Under the pieces are notes generated by a model that saw only the letters and a program-made list of their open reading frames with translations, did not search any database and was not told the DNA's origin. Positions 48,492 through 57,243 of a stretch of 58,666 bases of DNA are shown here, one piece after another (the first letter of the stretch is position 1; every line of letters starts with the position of its first letter). This DNA comes from a virus (Duplodnaviria; Heunggongvirae; Uroviricota; Caudoviricetes). The translations under genes were made by a program, and so were the position numbers. The stretch is from the IMG/VR virus record IMGVR_UViG_3300010413_000002, positions 64,001 through 122,666 of that record; one strand, given 5' to 3'.

Positions 48492-48776
48492 TTATTTTTT
48501 CTTTTTGTCAATAAAATTAAGATTATATTTTTTGTTATTTAATTCTATTATACATTTTCTTTTTATAAAATTATATTCTTTAATATTTGTTTTAAAAAAT
48601 TTAGCTTTTTTATAGCAATTTGCATAATCATTGTTATACAAAACCCCAAAAATTATTAAAAAAATTATTGAATATACGAAAATACTAGCGAATATATTAA
48701 CACTATTGTCTTTTTTATATATCATTTTTATCTGTTTTGTATTTAATATTTTTAACATGTATTTCAACATCGGCAC
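48492..48776 (-). CDS. Membrane-anchored hypothetical protein
   Basis: One TM segment. Confidence 0.5.
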   Translation of the reverse strand: MPMLKYMLKILNTKQIKMIYKKDNSVNIFASIFVYSIIFLIIFGVLYNNDYANCYKKAKFFKTNIKEYNFIKRKCIIELNNKKYNLNFIDKKKK

Positions 48777-48993
48777 TTAAAAAATCATTTTCTTCAGCTC
48801 CGATTACTTTAGATTTTAATAATAAAGAATTTTTCTTTTTCTTTTTGCACATATTAATAGCCAAACCACAAGATAAAGTTAAAATACTTTCTGATTTTTC
48901 AAAATCCTTATCTTCAAAAAAATCTCTAAATTTTCTAAAATTATCTATAATTAATGTATTTTTTTCATATTCTTCTTTTAATAATTTTTTCAT
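48715..48993 (-). CDS. Hypothetical protein
   Basis: Co-directional with cluster. Confidence 0.5.
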   Translation of the reverse strand: MKKLLKEEYEKNTLIIDNFRKFRDFFEDKDFEKSESILTLSCGLAINMCKKKKKNSLLLKSKVIGAEENDFLSADVEIHVKNIKYKTDKNDI

Positions 48994-49008
48994 TTTTTTA
49001 TTATGTTA

Positions 49009-49458
49009 TTAATCAATTTGAAAGTGTCCTCCGTCTTCTATATTTGAAAACCAACCACCCCATTTAATATTTAATCCAGTTTCATAACCAAAACGTAGTA
49101 TAATCCCAGCAATATGATGATAATATTTTATGTTCCAAGTTATTTTTCCATTTAACAATACCACAATATCTACTGCTTTACCTTTTCCTTCTTTATCAAA
49201 CTCTTGATGTTTAGATTTCTTGTTATAACCATCTTTACTTGTTACAACTTTCTTTTTATTTACTATAATCCATTTACCATCTTTAAGCTTTCTTCCTTTT
49301 TTATAAAGTTCAAATTGTTCTTCTGCTGTTCTTATTACATAAAAAACCTTTAATCTTAAAGGAGAATTTATATTAATTAAAAACTGATTTGTGTTTTCTA
49401 TGCAAAATGCTAAATTATTATTTAGATTTTTTAATAGTCTTTTGCTTCTTTTGTCCAT
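49009..49458 (-). CDS. Endolysin, M15 family L-Ala-D-Glu peptidase
   Basis: RTAEEQ..LY..GR, SKHQ, AVDIV, WGGWF, DGGHFQ. Confidence 0.88.
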   Translation of the reverse strand: MDKRSKRLLKNLNNNLAFCIENTNQFLININSPLRLKVFYVIRTAEEQFELYKKGRKLKDGKWIIVNKKKVVTSKDGYNKKSKHQEFDKEGKGKAVDIVVLLNGKITWNIKYYHHIAGIILRFGYETGLNIKWGGWFSNIEDGGHFQID

Positions 49459-49572
49459 TCTCTTCTTCTAGTTTTTTCATTAAATCGATATTTTCTTCAT
49501 TAATTGTATATTTAATTCCTAGTTTTTCTAAAAAATCTATAAACTTTTTTACTCTTTCCTTTGTTTTTCTCT

Positions 49573-49649
49573 TGGTGCGGTTTCTGCGACTTGAACGCAG
49601 GACATACGCCGTATCAGAGCGTTGCTCTAACCAACTGAGCTAAAACCGC
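49573..49649 (-). tRNA. trnI: tRNA-Ile(GAT)
   Basis: Loop CT-GAT-AC, CCA. Confidence 0.9.
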
Positions 49650-49658
49650 TCTATTAAG

Positions 49659-49713
49659 CGAGAGAGCAGGACTTTAACTCGGATAAACCGCTGTGTACCT
49701 ATCTCACTCTCTC
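49659..49713 (-). ncRNA. Possible tRNA relic / small RNA with GAGAGAG-CTCTCTC stem
   Basis: 7-bp terminal stem at promoter start site; degenerate interior. Confidence 0.35.
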
Positions 49714-49721
49714 TCTACTAT

Positions 49722-49751
49722 AGTATATAACTATTAATTCTATTTTGTCAA
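49722..49751 (-). promoter_or_regulatory. Sigma70-type promoter
   Basis: TTGACA-N18-TATACT. Confidence 0.6.
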
Positions 49752-50359
49752 GTATTAGACAAAATGTCTCTAATGTCTCTATTATCAATTTCGTTTCCTA
49801 TGCAATCCCAACCTTCATATTTTTCTCTTGAAAAAAGCTCTACTCTTGAAAATTCCTCATATAGTTTTTCTATTCTTTTTCTTACTTCATTTGGTTTTTG
49901 ACTATGTCTTTTTCTTTGAGACACCACACAAGAAGATATATAATTTGAAGTAGGCTTTAATACTTTTCCTTTAGTAAATAATAAACAAACTTCACAATTT
50001 GCTTTTGCGTAGTAGCCAGTTCCAAAAAAAAGAGTTCCATCTTTATTAGTTTTTGTCCAACTAAATCCTAAAGTCTTATAAGTAAATCCCCAAGATTCTC
50101 CTACTTTAATTCCTTCTTTTAATTTTGGAAATGTAACCCAAAGGAATAAAACTGCGTCTTTTTCACAAATTTTTTCTATATTCAAATTACATAATTCTTC
50201 TACAGTCATTAAATCATAATGACCGCCTGCCCCTCCTCCAAATTTTGTATTCTTATTGTTTCTTGCGTTGTATTTCCAAGGAGGTTAAGGGTCAGCATAA
50301 ATGATACTGTATTTCTTAACAATATCATCTTGCTGATTTCCTCCGTTCTTAAAATTCAT
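49748..50359 (-). pseudogene. MT-A70 family adenine methyltransferase with in-frame TAA in catalytic motif (pseudogene or recoded)
   Basis: Frame reads MNF...KKYSIIYADP*PPWKY...HYDLMTVEEL...LFLWVT...HSQKP...ELFSR; stop at 50285-50287. Confidence 0.85.
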
Positions 50360-50564
50360 ATTCTGTGTTTATTATTTTATATTCAAATGTTCTTTTAGGG
50401 TCTTTCATTATTTCATTAATAATCTCTAAGGCTTCTTCTATGTTTTCAAATATTATTGCTTTTTCAATTTCTGGTCTCCAAGCGTTTAATTTTTTTCCTT
50501 GATAAGAATTTAATCTATCAATTAAATAAAAATTACTTGGATATTCCCTAATTAAATAAGCCAT
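50349..50564 (-). CDS. Hypothetical protein
   Basis: 71-aa ORF. Confidence 0.5.
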   Translation of the reverse strand: MAYLIREYPSNFYLIDRLNSYQGKKLNAWRPEIEKAIIFENIEEALEIINEIMKDPKRTFEYKIINTEYEF

Positions 50565-51613
50565 TAACTTTTTCTTATGGTTATTAGAGTATCGTCCTTT
50601 TCAAGAAACGGTAAAGGTTCAAATCTATAGTAATTACCATCAAAATCATATTCTATTTCTTGTTTGAATTTAAATTTTAACTTTCTTTTTTTAGCTTCGC
50701 CAACTGTTATCTTTATTGGTTTTTTATAAGAAAAGCCTTTTTTAAATTTTTCAATTTCTTCTTCTATCTCCTCAATATCATCTCCATAAAAAACCAAAGG
50801 AGTGTTTTGTTTACTTTCTCTTAAAAAGTCTTTTATTGAAATTTTTTTATATTCGCTAGAATTAATAATTGTATTTATAATAACAAGATCATTTTCTTCT
50901 GCAAAACAATATATAGAAAAAGGAAAATTGATGCTTAATCTTATAGAATTAGAAGAATCAATATCAAATCCTAATTTTTTAAACTTCTTTTTGATTTTTT
51001 TAAATTTTCTTTTGCTTGTATTTGTTGGAATTTCCAAATATTTTCCTTCAAAATCTTCTTTTGTTCTGATTATGTTTGGTATTTTTGAATAATGAATATT
51101 TAAATTTATTGTATAAGTATGTTCTCCTTTTTCTTTGTATTCTTCTAGCTTATAGAACTGATACATGTGTTCTGGATAAAATAATTTATTGATTTCTTGC
51201 CAATGTTCTTTATTTTTGTTTGGATAAAATTGAGGAGGATTTGCTTCCACATCAGTAAATATCTTACATATATAGAATTTGTTTTTATATTCGACTAAAT
51301 CTCCAGTATAGAATGAGGTTTTTTCTATTGTAAATTCTTGTATATATTTCATTATTTGTTTAGCTTCTTCTTTTGAAGAACATTTATATTTTATTAAATC
51401 ATTATCATCTTCTTTATCTCTGCCCCAAACAAAAAGTTCTCCATCCTTTAATTCTGGATAATCATAAGAACATATACAAAACTTTTCATCTTTTGTATAG
51501 TAAGGTTTTCTGTTTCCTCTTTTTGCTCCATCTAAAAATTTACAATTAGTTATTTTGCCTTTAATAGTTAGTCCATCTTCTTGTATTTTGAGTGTATGTT
51601 GAATTTCAATCAT
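50564..51613 (-). CDS. Multi-domain hypothetical protein; N-terminal domain shared with 57244
   Basis: IQH...QED.LT.KGKI...ICS...P.L...FVWG. Confidence 0.6.
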   Translation of the reverse strand: MIEIQHTLKIQEDGLTIKGKITNCKFLDGAKRGNRKPYYTKDEKFCICSYDYPELKDGELFVWGRDKEDDNDLIKYKCSSKEEAKQIMKYIQEFTIEKTSFYTGDLVEYKNKFYICKIFTDVEANPPQFYPNKNKEHWQEINKLFYPEHMYQFYKLEEYKEKGEHTYTINLNIHYSKIPNIIRTKEDFEGKYLEIPTNTSKRKFKKIKKKFKKLGFDIDSSNSIRLSINFPFSIYCFAEENDLVIINTIINSSEYKKISIKDFLRESKQNTPLVFYGDDIEEIEEEIEKFKKGFSYKKPIKITVGEAKKRKLKFKFKQEIEYDFDGNYYRFEPLPFLEKDDTLITIRKS

Positions 51614-51624
51614 TGTTTTCCTTT

Positions 51625-51936
51625 TTAATTATATTCTTTCTTTAATAATTCTAGTCTTTTTAAGAAATTTTTATTTTCCTCATTTAAATAACATATAGAA
51701 AAAGCCATGTGTTCAAATGAGCCTTCAATTAATTCAATTTGTGAATCATCAAGACAATATTTTTCTTGAATTTTTTTCATTATTTTCTTTTCTTCTTTTA
51801 TATCTTCGAAGGAAAAATCTCCAATTTCGGATAAAAATCTATTAGTAATCGCCCCTTTAATTCCACATATTTTATAAGTTATTTCTGCTAAATCATAGGC
51901 TATTAATGATATATCGTCTAATGTAATTTTATTCAT
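51625..51936 (-). CDS. Hypothetical protein
   Basis: 103-aa ORF. Confidence 0.5.
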   Translation of the reverse strand: MNKITLDDISLIAYDLAEITYKICGIKGAITNRFLSEIGDFSFEDIKEEKKIMKKIQEKYCLDDSQIELIEGSFEHMAFSICYLNEENKNFLKRLELLKKEYN

Positions 51937-52444
51937 CTTTTTTATTTAGTTCTTGTAATAATTTTAAAGTTTCTAATATCTTATCATTGTATTGTTCTAA
52001 AATAGGGTATCTTTTGAGCTGAACTTCAGTATAATATTTTGTATAATCTTCTTCGTTAAATTCTTGAGCCATAGCTACTAAATCACAACACATTTCACAT
52101 AAGCAAATATCTTTCATTTCTGTTTGTTTATGAGGATGATGAGTTTCTAATTCACAATGTATTTCCGTAAATTCATTAAACTTCTCTTTTTCTATATGAT
52201 TATTAGATAAACCTAATCTTTGATTTCTATAATATTCATCAATTAAAACATATCCGTCTACTAATTTATTAGAAAATTTAGTTGAATCATGGTGAATACA
52301 TCTTTGCATTAATCTCCATTTATCTATTTCAAAAGGCAATTTGTCTCTATTCTTTTCTAATAAAATCATATTGTCTTGCACTCTTCTTATATGTTTTATA
52401 AGTCTATCTATAAAATTTATTTCATTTTCATTCATTGTTTTCAC
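51929..52444 (-). CDS. HD-like metal-binding protein
   Basis: KHIRRV...HHDSTK...H...HHPH...EMCCD. Confidence 0.55.
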   Translation of the reverse strand: MKTMNENEINFIDRLIKHIRRVQDNMILLEKNRDKLPFEIDKWRLMQRCIHHDSTKFSNKLVDGYVLIDEYYRNQRLGLSNNHIEKEKFNEFTEIHCELETHHPHKQTEMKDICLCEMCCDLVAMAQEFNEEDYTKYYTEVQLKRYPILEQYNDKILETLKLLQELNKKDE

Positions 52445-52857
52445 TCTCTTTTTATTATAAATAAGTCATTCTTTAAAGAAATAAGCTTAGGATCATATCT
52501 TCCGCAAATATTACACCAAGGAATTGAACAATTATAACACTCCTTGTCTGTAATTGTAAATCCATTATATTTTCTTACGAATTCTATTAAAGTTTTAATA
52601 ATTTTTTTATATATTATATCCCTTTCTTTAATTGAGTCAAACACTTTAAGCTGTTTATCTTTAATAAGATAGTTATTTATTTTGAGTTCAATCAAATTAT
52701 TTTTATTAAATACTTTTTTCTTAAAAGAAGAGTTATTTTTAAATTTTTTATTTAATCTCTTAATTTTAAATAATAATTTGTTAGGTTTTACTTTTTTTAA
52801 AATAAATTGAATATAAACCTTTTTTATTATTGGATAATCTTTATATCTATTTTTCAT
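52441..52857 (-). CDS. Hypothetical protein
   Basis: 138-aa ORF with CxxC..CxxC. Confidence 0.5.
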   Translation of the reverse strand: MKNRYKDYPIIKKVYIQFILKKVKPNKLLFKIKRLNKKFKNNSSFKKKVFNKNNLIELKINNYLIKDKQLKVFDSIKERDIIYKKIIKTLIEFVRKYNGFTITDKECYNCSIPWCNICGRYDPKLISLKNDLFIIKRE

Positions 52858-52869
52858 TTTATCCTCCTA

Positions 52870-53958
52870 TTAATTAAAAAACTCCGCTACCTTCTCATTT
52901 CCATATTCCCCATTCGTCAACTCGATTATCTCTCTTGCTGAATATTTCTTTTTTTTGACCGTTAGGCGGTTGTCTACAAAATCCTTCGTTCCAAAACTGC
53001 AAGCACCTGTACAACTACGATAGAATACTATCCATTCTTCCAAAGTCAAGACGCTGTCAAGCGTTAATCCCTCGTACTCCGACATATCCCTCTCGGACAT
53101 TTTGTAGATTAAATCAGCTTTTGCTTGTTTTAACGTATCTCCGTGAGAGTAGACGTTTCCTTTTTTAACTGCTACACAATCTTCAAGGTAGAAAATCTCA
53201 AGGTCTTTGGTTCTTCTGCTTCTCTTGACCTTTTTCTTGATACCGTCGAAGTAAGACCAATACTCGCCTTTGAATTTGTAGACGTCTCCGCAGAGTTTGT
53301 GTTCAAAAGGGAAATCATCTGGTAGTTGCTCGATTGGGTTGCTGGAGCAAGAAAACCATCCTCTTACCTCCTTAGGACAATGCTCAAGAGATGTCAGTTG
53401 GTTGTTGTAGCAAACGAAATATCCTCCTACCTCCTTAGGACAACGCTCAAGAGAAGTCAGTTGGTTGTTGGAGCAATAGAAATCTCCTCTTACCTCCTTA
53501 GGACAATGCTCAAGAGAAGTCAGTTGGTTGTAGGAGCAATCGAAATATCCTCCTACCTCCTTAGGACAATGCTTGAGAGAGGTTAGTTTGTTGTTGTAGC
53601 AATAGAAACCTCCTCCTACCTTCTTCGGACAACCTTCGAGAGATGTCAGTTGGTTGTAGTAGCAATCGAAATATCCTCCTACCTCCTTAGGACAATGCTC
53701 AAGAGAAGTCAGTTGGTTGTTGGAGCAAACGAAATATCCTCCTATCTCCTTTGGGCAACCTTGAAGAGATGTCAGTTGGTTGTTGTAGCAATAGAAATAT
53801 CCTCCTACTATTCCAAACTGCACTGGAATTTCAGTAAGATTTTCATAAGATAAATTTACGTCTCCGTCTACGTCAACTGTCAGGTCTTTGTTGATGGTGT
53901 AGTTGTATATGCTGTATTGGTCTAGCCAATCTTTGATTTGTTTTTTTGTTTTTAACAT
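52870..53958 (-). CDS. Leucine-rich-repeat protein
   Basis: 7.5 x 21-aa VGGYFxCxxNQLTSLExCPKE repeats. Confidence 0.8.
   Translation of the reverse strand: MLKTKKQIKDWLDQYSIYNYTINKDLTVDVDGDVNLSYENLTEIPVQFGIVGGYFYCYNNQLTSLQGCPKEIGGYFVCSNNQLTSLEHCPKEVGGYFDCYYNQLTSLEGCPKKVGGGFYCYNNKLTSLKHCPKEVGGYFDCSYNQLTSLEHCPKEVRGDFYCSNNQLTSLERCPKEVGGYFVCYNNQLTSLEHCPKEVRGWFSCSSNPIEQLPDDFPFEHKLCGDVYKFKGEYWSYFDGIKKKVKRSRRTKDLEIFYLEDCVAVKKGNVYSHGDTLKQAKADLIYKMSERDMSEYEGLTLDSVLTLEEWIVFYRSCTGACSFGTKDFVDNRLTVKKKKYSAREIIELTNGEYGNEKVAEFFN
53335..53808 (-). repeat. 63-bp coding tandem repeat, 7 full copies and 1 partial
   Basis: Period 63 nt read directly. Confidence 0.95.
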
Positions 53959-53962
53959 TGGT

Positions 53963-55189
53963 TTAATTTTTTGTTATTAAATAATATAATTGAGGTTGTA
54001 TATTTTCAACTGTATCTCCTAAATTTCCTACTTCAAAAGAATATTTTTCTTCAGTAATTCCTATTTTACTTAAATTATCTATCACTAACTTTTCAAACTC
54101 TTCTTTGTTAAACTCTATTTTATGATCGTTATGTCTTAATTGATCATCTAAACCATAAAAATCATTAAAATCTTTATTTGGAGTTGTAATGATCATTGAT
54201 TGAATGTTCAAATGCTTTAAAGATAAAAATATCTTTTCTATATCTTCTTTTTCATTATGCTCTATGACTTCTGATAAAATAACTTCTACTGGTTCTTTAA
54301 TTTTTATTTCTTCTTCAAATTGAACGTTATCATATTTTTTTCTTTTAATTTTATTTTCTATTAGTTCTTTAATTTTATCGTCTTTATCAAAGCAATAATA
54401 TATTTTATCTTTTATTTTTTTTGAAAATTTTAAATATTTACCTTCGCCGCAACCAAAATCTAAAATACTATTTTGAAATGATAACTTATTTTCTATGAAT
54501 TTAAATCTTTGCTGAAAATTAGTTCCAATTTCCATTTCAATTCTATCCGTGTTTATTAAATCCTTATTTTCTTCAAACTTCTTTTTACTAGTTAGAATAT
54601 TAAATTTAAATAAATATCTTATAAAATAAGGAGATTGTATCAAATTGATACAATTTAAATATTTTGTTATTATATCGTTTGAAGTTATAAATAATTCCTC
54701 TTGTTTAATCGATTCTATAATTAGCATTACACTAGCTATAGCTAATAATTCTCTTACTTTTTTCTCTGATTTTATAATTAAATACTTTTCGTAAGTTATT
54801 TCGTAATCAGTAAAATGTCTTTGAAACGATTCAATAATTTTTCCTCTAATATTTGGAGTGGCAATTATCATTTGATTTTTAAATCCTTCTTTGTCGTCAT
54901 CCGAATCTTTATTGTATAAACTATTTAAGAAATTACTTATTAATGCTAATGCACAAGTACAAGAAGTAAATTTTTGATTGCTTGTATAATTAGTCTTATT
55001 ATCATCGTCATTACAATATGGATTTACCTTAATTGTATTTTCATCATATCTTAGATTATAAGTAGTTTCGTTTGAAAACCAAGCTATTGACACTCCGTCT
55101 CTTTGTTTTTTAATCAAAGGTATTGTATTTGGGTTTTTATTAAGTATCCAAGATAATTTTGGATTTTCTGATTTAATTTGTATGAACAT
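53963..55189 (-). CDS. hen1: Hen1-like RNA 2'-O-methyltransferase
   Basis: LSWILNKNP N-terminus; ILDFGCGEG, SEVIEH, IITTPNKDFN, LRHNDHKIEF. Confidence 0.88.
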   Translation of the reverse strand: MFIQIKSENPKLSWILNKNPNTIPLIKKQRDGVSIAWFSNETTYNLRYDENTIKVNPYCNDDDNKTNYTSNQKFTSCTCALALISNFLNSLYNKDSDDDKEGFKNQMIIATPNIRGKIIESFQRHFTDYEITYEKYLIIKSEKKVRELLAIASVMLIIESIKQEELFITSNDIITKYLNCINLIQSPYFIRYLFKFNILTSKKKFEENKDLINTDRIEMEIGTNFQQRFKFIENKLSFQNSILDFGCGEGKYLKFSKKIKDKIYYCFDKDDKIKELIENKIKRKKYDNVQFEEEIKIKEPVEVILSEVIEHNEKEDIEKIFLSLKHLNIQSMIITTPNKDFNDFYGLDDQLRHNDHKIEFNKEEFEKLVIDNLSKIGITEEKYSFEVGNLGDTVENIQPQLYYLITKN

Positions 55190-55484
55190 CTTTCTCCATT
55201 TTTTTGTTTAAATATTCTATCATTCCTTCATTGTCTTTTAAGACTTTAATATTATTATATATATTAACAGGACTTAAATATGTAGCTAAAGTTTCTTCTA
55301 TTTTTTCATTACTCATTAAATAGATAAAGTATTTTTGCTTATTTCTTAGAATTTTGAATTTAAAATTTTTGTAATATAAAATTAAACTTTCTATATTTTC
55401 TTCTTCTTTGTTATAATTTATATTTGGATAAATTTTTTTTAATTCAGATTCCAATTCTTTAAAAGTATTAATTTTTTCAAACAT
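55173..55484 (-). CDS. Hypothetical protein
   Basis: Overlaps hen1 start. Confidence 0.5.
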   Translation of the reverse strand: MFEKINTFKELESELKKIYPNINYNKEEENIESLILYYKNFKFKILRNKQKYFIYLMSNEKIEETLATYLSPVNIYNNIKVLKDNEGMIEYLNKKMEKDVHTN

Positions 55485-55564
55485 TATTATTTTAATTGTT
55501 TAATTAAAATAAGAAATTATCACTATTATTTTAAAAAGTCAAGTTTTTTAAAAAAAATTTTTTA

Positions 55565-56044
55565 TCATAAATTAAGTTCAATTTGATAATATTTATGAGT
55601 ACGTTTTAATATTTTGGAAATTTTATACATATTTAAAGTATCTATCAAACAATCTTTTCTATTTTTTAAAAATTTAATTTTTTTATATATTTTTAAAATG
55701 TAATTTGGGTCTTCATTTATTATTTTGCAATATTTAATTAGGTATTTATTATTTTTTCTAAAAAATTTTTTTGCTGATTCTCTTCCTCTTTTTCTTCTTC
55801 TGTTTATAGATTTAGAGTTTATATCTATAAGCCCTTGTGCTATTATCATTCTAAATAAATTTAAATAACATTCTATCTCTTTTGATAATGAGTTTTCAAA
55901 TTTTTCTTTATTAAAAATTTTAATTTCAAAATTTTCAACATAATTAACAAAGTATGGAATTTTTTGATATTTTATTCCATTATTTAAATAACTATATTCT
56001 TTATTTATATTTTTTATATATGTTCTTTTCAAACCATAAATCAT
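55565..56044 (-). CDS. Hypothetical protein, paralog of 15085 and 8062
   Basis: LNLFRMIIAQGLIDIN...YCKIINEDPNYILK. Confidence 0.65.
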   Translation of the reverse strand: MIYGLKRTYIKNINKEYSYLNNGIKYQKIPYFVNYVENFEIKIFNKEKFENSLSKEIECYLNLFRMIIAQGLIDINSKSINRRRKRGRESAKKFFRKNNKYLIKYCKIINEDPNYILKIYKKIKFLKNRKDCLIDTLNMYKISKILKRTHKYYQIELNL

Positions 56045-56046
56045 AT

Positions 56047-57018
56047 TCAGAAATTAAAACTTTTTTGTTTCAGCTCTTCATTTAATCTGTTAATAGATAT
56101 ATCATAATAGTCTTTAAATATTTCGCAACCAATAAACTGTCTATTTTCTCGTATGCAAGCTATCGCAGTTGTTCCACTTCCTAAAAATGGGTCAAACACT
56201 AAATCATTTTTATTACTACATAACGCAATTAAATATTGCAATAATTGAACTGGTTTTACTGTTGGATGTTTGATATTAAAATCTTTATTTTTTCCAAGTT
56301 TTTGTACATTATGCGGCTTAAAACATAATAAATTTTGAGGTTTATATCCACTTAGTAATGTTACTGCTCTATTTACTTCTCTATTTTCTTTTAATAGATT
56401 ACTTCTATCTACTATATTTTCATTACAAGGTCTCCAATCATCAAATCTTTTTTGACCTTTTAAACTTTTATTTAATTGTTTTTTCAATTCTTCATCATTA
56501 ATACAAGCTAATATCATATTCTGTAAATTATCTACAAATTTCCAATTTTTAAATTCCGCAAGGCTTTTTGCAACATGTTTATAACTTCTTTTGATTTGAT
56601 TGAAATCTCTAGGCTTATCTCCTTTTAAAACTATTGAAATATTTTCGTATACCTTGCAAATATCATTTAGATAGTTAGTAATATTATTTTTATACCAAAT
56701 TATTTCTGATTTGTATTTTAAATGTTTAAAAGCATAATTATTCCATTCTGTTAAAGTTGGCTGTAATCCAAAATAAGACATAAAACAATTGTCTTTTAAA
56801 ATCCTTTCCGATTCTAAAACGAATTTTTCTATATCGATATTTGTTTCTATTTTATGTTTTAATGTATTGAAAGGAGGATCGATACAAATATAATCAATAC
56901 TTTCTTCTTGAATTTCTTTTAATAAATCAAAGCAATCGCAATTAATGATTAAAATGCTTTCGTTTTCAAAAGTTTGATATAGAAATTTATTATGTATTTT
57001 TTTTATTAATTCTTTCAT
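56047..57018 (-). CDS. Amino (N6A/N4C) DNA methyltransferase, beta-type order
   Basis: IDPPF precedes HPTVKP and VFDPFLGSGTT. Confidence 0.9.
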   Translation of the reverse strand: MKELIKKIHNKFLYQTFENESILIINCDCFDLLKEIQEESIDYICIDPPFNTLKHKIETNIDIEKFVLESERILKDNCFMSYFGLQPTLTEWNNYAFKHLKYKSEIIWYKNNITNYLNDICKVYENISIVLKGDKPRDFNQIKRSYKHVAKSLAEFKNWKFVDNLQNMILACINDEELKKQLNKSLKGQKRFDDWRPCNENIVDRSNLLKENREVNRAVTLLSGYKPQNLLCFKPHNVQKLGKNKDFNIKHPTVKPVQLLQYLIALCSNKNDLVFDPFLGSGTTAIACIRENRQFIGCEIFKDYYDISINRLNEELKQKSFNF

Positions 57019-57021
57019 TTA

Positions 57022-57234
57022 TTAAAATCCCATTTCTTCGTACATTTCCATAGCTGTTTTCTGTATTATAACTTCTTTATCTAAGTTTTCTATTATGAAA
57101 CTTAAATATTGCCTTTCTCCTTCTCCATATTTATTATATTTGAATAGTTTTTCATCTCTTGAATAAAGAAAATCTTCATTTTCCATTTTAAAAAAACAAA
57201 ATAAATCTTCTTTAATTATATCTTTTAATTTCAT
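57022..57234 (-). CDS. Hypothetical protein
   Basis: 70-aa ORF. Confidence 0.5.
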   Translation of the reverse strand: MKLKDIIKEDLFCFFKMENEDFLYSRDEKLFKYNKYGEGERQYLSFIIENLDKEVIIQKTAMEMYEEMGF

Positions 57235-57243
57235 AATAATCCT

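Noticed and set aside
53335-53808. CRISPR array
   Set aside because: Repeats are contiguous, in-frame coding units with no unique spacers; no cas genes.
53143-53853. Plus-strand ORFs 53143, 53326, 53650
   Set aside because: Antisense shadows of the repetitive, GC-richer LRR gene.
52870-53958. Complete DGR in this window
   Set aside because: No reverse transcriptase, accessory gene or non-coding template copy found; kept only as a hypothesis.
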